Assembly (NCBI GenBank): GCA_024137785.1
Contig: JAHRHZ010000018.1
Location: forward strand, 32,343,307 to 32,407,306
From: Ginglymostoma cirratum
Taxonomy: Eukaryota
DNA length: 64,000 nt
Direction of reading: 5' to 3'
Shown here: piece by piece, positions 27,401-39,400 of the stretch
How the letters are laid out: each line of letters begins with the position of its first letter
How positions within the stretch are numbered: position 1 is the stretch's first letter
Made by a program: the position numbers and the translations under genes
Notes under the pieces: model-generated
Told to the model about the DNA's origin: nothing
What the model saw: the letters and a program-made list of their open reading frames with translations, nothing else
The model's database searches: none

Positions 27401-30400
27401 GAATATTTAGTGTAGTTGTTGCTTTGATGATCACTGGGATAGGATGGCCATGATGGAAATGGCATTGAGGATGGTAGACTCTGGGCCTCCTGTACTTCCT
27501 CTCCTTTCTGAGGGAACCTTCAGCTGTGACTTTTTCATGCGGAGACTGTTCGGCAGCCACTAGAGGTTGCTACTGGAGCTGAGCTTGCTGGTGTGTTTGA
27601 TTTGTTCCTGTGCACCTTCACATAATCACAGCAGCATCGACAATAACCCTTGTTGTGGCTTGTCACATTGATCACAGTTCCACTGAACCTGTGTGCGAAA
27701 TATCAGAAACCGAACAGATCATTAGTAATGTGGGTAGTCAGCATTCACATCTTACACAAATAACTGTTTCTCATAATCCTCAGTACAGTGGGACATGGAA
27801 AACTCTGAAAGGGAGGGCTATGGAATTTCTTGATAGAGATTTTTGACATAGTGAACCTCATTTCCAATGTATGCAGCACCAGACATGACATATAAACAGT
27901 AGGAGCTTGTAAATACAGTAGGATTACTGAACACCTGAAAACCACAGCCTGAGAAAGGCAGTTTGGGTTTTTGAGGAGTGTATTGACTGATGCTTACAAT
28001 TCAAGGTGAGAGGAAATTACCTTCATGCTCTTGTGTAGCCTGAGACTTTAGATTGTCTTTGAAAATGGTGGCCCTGACGTGCCATCTTTAGTGCTGGCTG
28101 TGATTAGTTAAGCTTCGCAGGGATGACTGTGATCAATCTGCAGTTACCAGTGACATAGTTAAGGTTGCTTGTGACCAGGATTTATATCCCACACAGTTGG
28201 ACATATGCAGGGCACTTTACCCTGTACTGCATAATGTCTGATGCTGTTGCCATCGTCTACATGTAGACCCTGCTGCTCAGACATAAAGAACAATTACTCC
28301 ATCTAAGCTAGCTGTGGTCACAACCATTTTCCATTTCCAGTGAGCATCTGCGATTTGGATGAAGGTGGAAGGAAAATCAGGTCACACTTCACGCATGAGT
28401 CACAGGTTCAGTCTGTTCATCTCACCCCGTCCCTCCACCCCCCCACAAAGTTTCATGTTCCTTTCTTCCTTGCACTCCCTGGCACTGCCTCAGTTCTTAG
28501 TTTCCACATGATCCTATACAGCTCCTCGAATTACAGCTTCATCTTCCAACGTCACCCCCAGTTCCAGTCCTCAAGCTTAGCTAATCTATAATTGTGGTGC
28601 TGCACTGGCTCGCTCATCAAAGCCAGGATGGTGATAATCAGCCCCCCCTCCCCCCGCCTTCTAATCCCACTGTACCCTAAGTCCTCTAATGCACCATCAC
28701 TTCCCCCTGTAGTTGGTCCCATAACAATTTTTGTTCCCATTATGTTGGTTCTAATCTACACTTGTGGCTTCTCCAACTTCCCTACCACAGCAGTTGCCCC
28801 AATAAGCCCCTTGACTCTGAGTGAGCAGGCCCCCAGGACTAACCATGGGCCACCCCCCGACCAGATTGGATGGACAGCCCCACCTAATGGATGACCAGAC
28901 CCTGACTGACATGAGGGACACCAACATGTTCATTCCTTGATTGATCACTGCTGACAAGCTGCCTGGCTTTGTGCCTCCACTAAATGGTATAAGATGAGGC
29001 AGAAGAATTTTGAGCCTTTACATTCCAAATGAGGTGACAAAGCCCAAAAAAGGCAAGGCAAGGCAGAGCTGATTTGAGCAGGCACATCTTAGGTGAGAGC
29101 TAAGAGAGCAAGCCTAGACCTGTGAAATACATCCTGCACCAATGCATGAAATGGGTGCCATCCCTGCACACACAGCACTTTGGTTGCAACATTACAATGC
29201 AAGGTGCTGGTGAACTCCTAAATGCAGCATTGAAGTGGAGAACTGTACTATATGTTAGTCAGAAATATGCCATGATATGGTGAGGCTGGTACATGGCCAG
29301 TGTCAACTTTCAGGGGGTGCACAGAGTCACTGCCCATTGGGCGTACCCTGAGATGTTGGGTACAGTTGGCCAAAATGGAGACCCAGAATTGCAAACAGTG
29401 ATTTGGAGCCACCATTGCCTATTCAGCCAATCATGTCAGGAATTGTCACTGTCCAGATTCGCGAGCGAGACAACAGCAAACTTTATATAAATAAGGTGAG
29501 ATTAGGCATTCATGAAATGTAAATGTTTACAAATAGGCCTCTTGTTGCTCAATGGCATGACTCTCATCTCACCGTTGGGTGGAAAGTTAAACATTTTTTC
29601 TTGACATAGTGACTGTCATATTTCTGACCTTGCCATTTTTCCCAATTAACTCACCCATTGCTCACACTTTTCTAGGGCTGAGAAAATTCAGCTCAATATT
29701 GCTTTCTTGATTTTAATAATAATGTTCAGCCTGTTGTTAAATTTTGGGTTAAAGAAATTAAAATAATTGTGCATTGCATTAGAGGAAATAGTTGTGAAAA
29801 CAAGTAATACTGCTATATTCAACATTATTTACTTAAATGTGTTTTCTATAGTTCTTTGGTATTAATTTTCAGTATTAAACATAATTCAGTAGAATTTACC
29901 TCCCAAGCATAAAAAACATCATTAATTTTAATAATAGAAGCTTGTGGTATGATGTATATTTCCCTCAGTACTATGGAAATGAGAAAGCCTTCATTAATAT
30001 GAATAATCATGGCTTGATGTTAACCTTCCAAACAAATGAGTCAACGATTCAACAGCAACAGTTTTGCGAAATCACTGAGGGACTATTCTGTCCTTTTTAC
30101 TTCTGGGTCTAGACAGATGAGGTGCTGGTCAGCAAACTTTTGTTTAAATGAATCTAATTAATATGCATTTAAAGGGTCACTATCCGTGGTGTATCTCCTT
30201 TACACAAAACTGGCTTTAGTACAATTATGGAATAAACTCATTCTTCTCAAAGCATGTGAATGGCTGCTTTGAGAAATAGAACTCTCACTTTGAAAGGACA
30301 AGAAATGTCTGTTCAAAATGTGATGAAGCGAGAACGAAGGAAACTTTTCTCTAGTACATCTTAAGCTGAGATGTACCAAGGAGTGTTTTAAAATGGAACA

Positions 30401-33400
30401 CACTATAGCTAAGTTTTTATGGACTTCTGTTTAACTTGATTCCTACAAGAAGACCCAAACCAAACTACTTCCCCTCTAAATTGGAAGGGCTTGGTTTTGG
30501 ATGTATATTTAATTTTACCATGGTGTTCCAATAACACATTCAGATAATCACAACTGTTGTCATTCTCTCTACTGAGTTGGTGTTTCAAAATATATGTGGT
30601 TTCTTTGTAGTTTGACATACACTTGATGGAATGTCCAGAAGCTGAAGTAGAATGTAGCTACAAAAAATATGGTTGCCAAGTCAGGGTAAGCAATAATATT
30701 AATTTTAAAATCACCAATATTCTGTACTTAATATCATAAAACAATGCATAATTTTGACACTTTTTTTTACAGGAAAAGCGGCGGATGATAAGGGAACATG
30801 AATATTCTTATTTAAATGAACATTTGTTGCTCGTTGTTACAATCAATACTAAATTAGAAGAACAGGTAATGCGTCCTGAAAAGCACTTGCATGTTTTTTG
30901 CTACCAATTTCTTTTAATGTCAGTAATTTCTGATATTGTCATGCTCTGGCCTGCTTTAGGCTCCCTCTGCAATCCTTCCAGACTTTAGGCCTCGTAGAGT
31001 TTCCTGAGCACCTATGACGCTTAGCTCCCAGGACAATGTTTCAAAAGCTCAAAAACTTACACTGCCTTTTTGACCTCAGCAAACGTCCTCAATGTTTGCA
31101 ATTCCAGGAATCCTCCACTCAGAGGTCTCTGATCTCAGAACAGCCATTGCTTTGCTCAAATACAGAGGAAAATTCCTTATAAATGAATCCACTGTTCACA
31201 GACATCTGTATTTGTCCCTGCTGTAAAATTTGATCATGTCACAGATTACCCAAAAGGGTTGAAGATCACAAGCAATTTTATTGAGGAAAGACAGTTCAAA
31301 TACAGTACGCAACCAGAATAGACACAGCAGACGTGCAACCTGTAACCTCTGAGAACAGCTTACCAGTCCAGATTCAGAGGGCCTGCGGTGGCAAGGCTGT
31401 GGAATTTAATCTTTGCTGTCTGCTATAATATTCTCTTCCTCTTTGGTTGATGTGAGCAGGGTGAGATATTAAACTGAAAAGTAGCATGGATCCATCTCAG
31501 GGCTGAGCTGAGCAAGGTGCTGAAGTGAAGTCAACATTGACAAACCTCTGGGAGCTCTCCTCCACTTCTTTTGAGAAAGAAAAGGCCTTTTTGAGGAGAA
31601 TATCACCTATTAACTTTGTTCTGTGTCAGCTCAAGCAGACTGCTGAGGGATTGCCCTCAGCTAACTTACAATTCTCTAAGCAGGAACAAAAACAAAGTTG
31701 CTGGAAAGGCTCAGCAGGTCTGGCAATGTCTGTGAAGGAACAAACAGAGCTAACGTTTCGGGTCCAGTGACCCTTCCTTAGAACTGGACCCGAAACATTT
31801 ACTCCGTTTTTTACCTTCACAGATGCTGCCAGACCTGCTGAGCTTTTCCGGTAAGTTCTGTTTTTGTTCCTGATTTACAGCATCCGCAGCTCTTTCAGTT
31901 TTTGATTCTCTAAGCAGTATTGTTTTTATGTTACATTTCCAGAAAACCTTTTAGGAGTCATCCCAGAGCTCATGATCAATTAGTGATTTCAGACACCAGA
32001 GTGTCCTTAAAGTATTTCTCTTCTTTTCTCTGCGTCAGTGACACATGGGGCGTTTTTCCTCAACTTGATTCTACTGGAACAGAAAAGCCAGATGCTATAA
32101 ACATGAGGGGGCACCACTCCACATTATCTAAGGCTGACCAGGAGAATCTGCTGCTCCTACTGTCTGCCATTGGTGTACTGGGAAGATTTAAAAGTTGAAA
32201 ATTAACCTGTTTGACCATGTTATGAACTACGGTTCTGGAGAGGAACTTGAACCTGGAGCTTTTGGCTCAGAAATAGGAACACTACCCACTGCGCCTCAAA
32301 ATCTCTCCCTGAAAGCATTCCCAGATCCCCATTTCAGTACCGCCATGATCTCGACTGCTTTCCTCATGCTTCCAGAACTTAGGGCCAACATGAATGCAAA
32401 TAAATTAATGACCCAGCCAATACTACTTGATAAAGTGAAGTATGTGTTCTCATATAGTCTCTGATTAACTGTAAGTAGCAGCATTAAGTACCAGTCGGTA
32501 AATACAGCTGCACATTTAGGTGTGTGGTGCTCATTTTGTAGGCACCACCCTTGGAGATCCAAAATGGCATCTGCAGTACTTACACACATATGGGGTAAGT
32601 CAAGCCAAACACCATATTGGCAAAGGCATTAGTGTTTGTGAGGAAAGTTCCCACCAGAAGCATACAGAATGGGCAGCTCACATCATCAATCAGCTTGTAA
32701 CACTGATTTGATATCAGCGCTGCCATCTTGGAGTTCAATAATCAAGCTAATGCCTTTTCTGACTCTTGCATGGCTGAATATGCAATTAGCAACAGGAAGG
32801 AAACCTTGCTTCACTAGCAGTGCTGTTTTAACGCATCATTAACTACTTGAACATAGTTGCTGGTTTATTTTTATTGGCTGTTGTGATTGTATAAGTGTTG
32901 GATACTTTCTAGCTTTCTTTAAAGTTGCTAAATTCTACAGGGACCTCTGTGGCAGGTGGTGTCTGTAAAGTTTTGAGTTCTGCTGGCTGTAAAAATTCTA
33001 AACCACAAACCACTTACTCCCACACATGGGTGAACTAGTAGTCATCTTCCTTGGAGAATAAACTGAGGGCATGCAGATCAGAACAGGCTACAATAAGAAG
33101 CAGAAGAAGGTGAGAAGGGGTCACTGCACAACACCCAGGATGTTCAGGAAGCAACTTGTCTGGACCTCAGCAAGGAACCGTAAATGAGATATTAACAATT
33201 GAATGAGGACATTCTCACTGAAATCTATCAATGGCTGTGTCCACAACTGCAGCCTCAGAGCAGGGTGAGGGTTGCACTGCCAGGGTGAGGGTTGCACGAC
33301 CAGTATCTGTGAAGGGGTCCATGGCCACAATATCTTTGCACTGGGGTCCTTACAAGTATCACGTACCTCCATTCTGAGGCAGCCCACTGTGCGAGCTGCA

Positions 33401-36400
33401 TTTGAATCATCACAACAAACCTACTAGCTACTAGACAGTGAAGGCTACCCTTTGACAACATGACTGATGATTCCAGTGTGCAATCCATGCACCTTTGCAG
33501 TGTGGAAATCATGAAAGGTTTGCTTTTGTACAAAATGAGATGGAGCAGACCTTGACCCTGCTGAAACAGCGAGCGGGACTTAGTGCAATTGATGTTGACT
33601 TAGTTCAACCGACCACTTGAAGAACCAGTGGTGAACCTGTGTTCCTCCTGAGGAGGAAGCCCAACTGGATTTAAATGCCTTTCAGGAATTTAGCTGGCCA
33701 ACGTCCTATCTTCCCAGGAATCAGAACTTTGTAGGCAGAAATCACACCCATTGTTAGCTGCTGGTCAATCTGAGGAGTGCCCTGGAGGAAGTCAGTAGTA
33801 CTCTGCAGGGTGTGTGCCAAATTCCGTGATGGTCTTGTGTGTGTTAAAACATCGCATCATCATGAGGGCACAGCCCTTCCTGCTGACTATACAGAGAGTA
33901 GCTGAGGACCAGAGGAGAATGTGGAGAAAGATAGAGGAGGTAAACTGCACAACCTCATTTTACCTAGCTTCTCTATGAGCAACCCATCTGACTGTGAACC
34001 CTCTAACCCTAACCTTAGTTCCTCATTCCCCAAGCTCACCTTCTCTCTGTCAATATCATTGTAGTGTTCACAATGCAAAACAATAAATCCAACAAGAAAC
34101 ATGCCAAACCAAATTTAGAAATCAAACCATGTCAAAATGGCATACAAACACCTATCAATCATCCCATGCATTGCCTTCGTATTTGTCTTCTGGGTCTATT
34201 TTTCCCATCCTTGAGCTCAACCCAGTGGCCACAGCATGCTGGCTGGGAACTGCTGAGTTTCAGTGGAGGAAACTACAGAGAGAAGGTGAACAGCTGAGCC
34301 CAGAAAGCCTGGTTTCAGACCGCACTGTTTCAGCAGAGCTAGCTGGCTGGCTGACAGGCAAGGGCTTTGGCAAACAAATGATACTGCCATCCTGAAAGAA
34401 GACAGCAAGTCTTTACAGAGACTGTGCCTTACAGAAACATTGCTTGTCCCTGGCAGCACCTCAGCCGTTCTGGCATTGCGTCGAAGGACGAAGCTGGACT
34501 CCTGCTGAAACCCTCTCAACACAGTAACCCACAGTCACGCTGACAGCTGTTCAAACTTGTAGGGCAGCAAGCAAACCTTCAGCTTTAGTTAACACAGACA
34601 CTGGATGGTCTCTTCTTTGGCTGCGGTGAAAGTTGAGGCATCACAGCTACAAGACATTCTGTCAAGGTTAGGTCTAGAGGTGTGCTAATGAGTTCACCAC
34701 CAGTTTCATGCTGCAAGCTCTGTGCTTAGCCTTACACAACTGGGTCCCTCTGTGCTTTTTTGTATCCAGCAGCGGGATTCCTGACAGGGAGACAGTAAGG
34801 ACTGCAGATACTGGAAGCTAGAGTCAATAAATGTGGAGCTGGAAAAGCACAGCAGATCAGACAGCATCTGTGGATCAAGACAGTCAATGTTTCAGGCCAA
34901 AATGTTGACTTTCCTGCTCCTCAGATGCTGTTTGACGAGGCTTTCTGACAGGCCTGTCAAAGCACCAAGTGTTATATTGTGCACACCATTTAACATTCTT
35001 TTGTAGTCCACCCCATCAAAATGTTCATCTCAGGTCTCTGTGGTAGACTTAAGGGGAACCCACCCAGCGGTGAGCTGATAGCAATGCAACATTTACCCTG
35101 GCCAATAGAGGCCACTTGTACTTGGTCCCTCTTCAGAACTTTATACTGCATCAATGCTATCTGCCACTTTACAGGCAATGCCAGTATCTGCTCTAGTGGC
35201 AACAAATTATAAATGAAGTTATGGTATTCTTTTCATCATTAGTGTTTTGTTGCTGTTCTACCTGATATTCCAATGGCTGCACTTCCTGAGTATTCGAAAA
35301 GTAAGAAAGCTGAGCACTCAAGTTGTGGTGAGAGGTAATGTCGGAGAAAGTAAGAGGTGCTTATTTACACAATCTACAGCTTATAATCAGAAGAGAGTGT
35401 AGGAGTGGATTGGGGTGGGCAGTAGTTGGGGACATATTATAGGAGAAAGAGGATTAGGTATAATATTACAGTCATCTATAGTTTCAACCCCACCCACTCC
35501 AAGCACGATCTCCTGCCCAGCAGTAAGGACAGGCCTCTTGCCCACACTTTTTAGTTTGCTTTGTTTCCAGTTGTGCACCATCTTTTCCTGCGAGAGAGGG
35601 AGAGGATTGTCAGTGATTGTCAGACAGCAGTCTGCCTGTGTGATGTGGCCATCAGCTGTGTAGGTGTGAGATGTGGGTGTGAAGCTTACAGCAGTGCTAA
35701 GTGTTTGAGGGTGAGGGAAGCTGTGATTGTTAGGTACGAGTTCTGTTGTTACAGACTATTAGTAGGTGAGCAGTATCTGAGATTGAGGTCTACTTGGTTG
35801 GACGTGGCATTTGAAGACAAATGCACTGGCTTTCACCACTCACGAGAGGTCATTGAACTTTATGCAGCTGTGTACAGGTACTTGGGCTTGACTCCTAGCA
35901 TTGTCCAGCACTGCTCTCTGGCCAAACTGTCTTCCAATATCTGAGAATTTTCTAGCACACTCTTCGCTATGTTATGCCATTATTCAGTCCATTTTTTATG
36001 TCAGGGTGCCCTATGCAAGACAATTCAGCTCTTGTGTTCCAGCACAAGGCACCCTCTTGTCAAGAGAAGCAGACCAACTTTACTTACTGTAGGCTAACTC
36101 CAACCATGCCCCTGTCAATTTTGGTTCCCTCTGCTGAGGTGTAAAGCAACTCAACAGTGAATATAGTTTTAGTTGCGCACTACAAGCTTGGTACTAAACA
36201 CGCAGCAAAAACTTGGCATGTTGGCTACGTCACATTGATGGCATGAATGGCAATGATGCATTGTGAGTCCCCTGTTATGGGTTTTTCAATTTAGCATGCA
36301 TGCTATTATACTAGTGCTTCAGAAAGAAAGGATTTGCATTTATATGACATCTTTCATGTCCTTGGAAAGTTTCAAAGAACTTAAAGCTGATAAATTATTT

Positions 36401-39400
36401 TTGGAGTGTAGTTATTGTGGTTATAAAGGCAAATTGCACTCATTAATCTAAAGTATTTTGCCTTTATATTGTTACCTTGATAGTGTAATTTTTATTCATC
36501 TTCTAGAATCCATCCATTACACTGTTTGGAAACATTACTAAATCTGCAGAGGTATTCCAGAGATGTAAGTAGTTGAGGGGATTCACACAGATCAAAATAA
36601 TCTTTCATTTTGGGCAATTTACAGAATCATTTCACACAATGCTCTTATTTGCTGTGTTGTAGAAAATCCTGGAAAATTTATTACAGGTAAATTACACATT
36701 CTGCGCGTACAATCAAAATTGAAATATAGGTAACCACACGAGGTGTGTGTATGTTTACAGAGGGTTAAAAAGAATTGTTGCTCAGTCCTACAGTTGGCCC
36801 ATTTGCAGTATTTCCTGATGTTGTTAAGTTTTTCTTTCAAACTTTCCTTTATTTCTTAATGCTAGATTTTAGATCTAAAAAACACTTTATGTGAAAGGAA
36901 TCAAGCCATCACTCAATTACAAGAACAGATCAGCAAACTTGACATTGAGATGAAACAATTAAATGGGCACATTTCCAAAAATGACGACGAAGTTGCAAAA
37001 ACACAGGTAAAAAATTTCTCTGATGTGTTGAATTGTCATAGATCATCATCTTTGTAAATAGCTCCGTGCAGCCTCAGTTTTTAGATAAGTATCTCTGATT
37101 TGGCCCTTAGTGACTGATGAGGTCATAGCCTGGGCAATATAGATATGAATTAACTTGTGGAAAATAAACAAAATTCCACAAGGATTCCAGGTTAAAACCA
37201 GCAGAATGTTGTTGTCCATACTGGATGTTAAAAATGCTTATTTCAATGAATCCGAGTATTGACAATGAGGGTAACAGTCATTTTTAAATATCCTCTAATT
37301 ATTTCTTTCCTCATTTCACCTTTTTATTGTTGTCCTTTTAAAATCAATGGCTCTCTGCGAAAGAAAAAGTGTGCTATTTTACTTGTTTTATTGTTTTTGT
37401 TTTACTTTATGAGAGAGAAGAACAGTTCTTTCTAAGTAAAACTGTTCAATTAGAATAACAATAACAGAATCAATAATCAATCATAATGACCTGGTTTTTC
37501 CGATGGCCTGACAGTGGTTATTCCAATATAGATGAAGGTTGCAAATGGGGAACCTGCGGAATCCCCATCTTGGCACACCCCAAAAATATTACTTGAGAAA
37601 TTGAAGATTCCCAATGGATAATCCCCATATGCCTGGGACACTCTGAAAATCTTCATTTAACTCACTCAGACAATTTAGAGAGCTTTGATGAAATTAAGTA
37701 AATAGTTCCTCAGGAGATGTTAGACTATTAAATATGTAGTCTAACTGTGAGTAACTATTCAACTGACCCCATACTTACCTCAAACACCCCCAACTACACC
37801 TCAGCCAGACCTCTTACACAACCCAGATCATGACCTGACCACCACCGCTTCCCCACTTTGCCCCAACCCCACTTCCCAGTGGCTGGACACCTCTTTTCCC
37901 TGCTCCACACCTGACCAAACCCTCACCTTGCAGGACCCAGTATCCCCCACCTTCCCACTGCAGACCCGATCTTCCTTACCTCACTCTGCACCTAACCACA
38001 CTTTCCCTGCCCAGTGGGACTGACCCTCTGTCTTTCTACACCCAACTCCCCCTTCATCCCCCATTCCCTTGTTCTGGCACCTACCCTGATATGGTATTAC
38101 TTGGTTACTGTAAAGTTGTAATAATGCTGTGCTAATGCTCTACTCTTTCTTTATCTATTTTTTCTAATTGTTATGTCAACACACTGTTGTTTAAAACAGA
38201 AAATGCTAGCTGGGCATACTGACAAAATAATAAACATTGAACAGCAATCACAACAACTTGGTCGAAGATTCAATGAAGAAGGGAAAAGTGAAATCTCAGC
38301 CCTGAAGGAAATCATCAAAGTATTAAAAGAAAAAGTGGAATGTGCTGAAAATAGCATTGCGTCATTAGGTCCGTGTTACTTCCAACTTTCTTTCTCTTGT
38401 CATTAATGGTATATTTTGTATTTTTTTATTTAATGTGAATTTGGCAACGTTTAATCAATTTTAAGGACAAAATGGAGCGGAACTACTCCAAAATTTGCTT
38501 GAATTGACACTACCGGAAAATTAAACTCACAATCCACAGGGGTAGACCGTAGTGACAAGGAGTGGGTTTCGTACAAAAAGTTTGTTTTTTGTCTCGTCAC
38601 ACAGCGGTTCAAAAGCATAAAATGTAATAACGAAAGGTGATTGAGAGAACATGCTATTTCTATCTCTTTAAAATATTTCTAATTCCAACGCAGTTAAGTA
38701 GAATATGCTACAACAGAAACTTAACAGGTCAATCAGCATCTGTGTAACAGAGTTAATGTTGTGAGTCCAGTGGCTTTTCTTCAGAAGATAGAGTCATACA
38801 GCACAGAAACGGACCCTTTGGTCTGACTTGTCCATGCCAACCAAGTTTCCCAAACCAATCTAGTCCCATTTGCCTGTGTTTGCCCCATTTCCCTCTAAAC
38901 CTTTCCTGTACCTGTCTAAACATTTTCTAAATGTTGTAACTGAACGTAGATCTACCACTCCCTCTGGCAGTTCATTCCACATACAAACCATGTGAAAAAG
39001 TTGCCCCTCAGGTCCCCGTTAAATCTTTCTCCTCTCACCCTAAAAATATGCCTCTACTCAAAAGATATTTGCTGTTCACCTTATCTGTGCCCCTCATGAT
39101 TTTATAAACCTCTATAAGGTCACTCCTTAGCCTCCTATACTCCAGTGGAAAAAGGTCCCATATTAAATAGCAGAACAGGCTCAAAGGAACATCATTGGAC
39201 TTGAACCATTGACTGTGCTTTCTCTCCACAGATGCTGCCAGCCCTGTTGAGTTTCTAAAGCGATTTCTGTTTTTGTTTCAGATTTTCAACATCTCCAATT
39301 CTTTGTTTTATTTAGGTAGAATGTGCTTCTTTTTAACTCAAAAGATTACGGCCTATGTAACACATCTAAAATGCAGCAAATAGATTCATTAATGCCAAAC

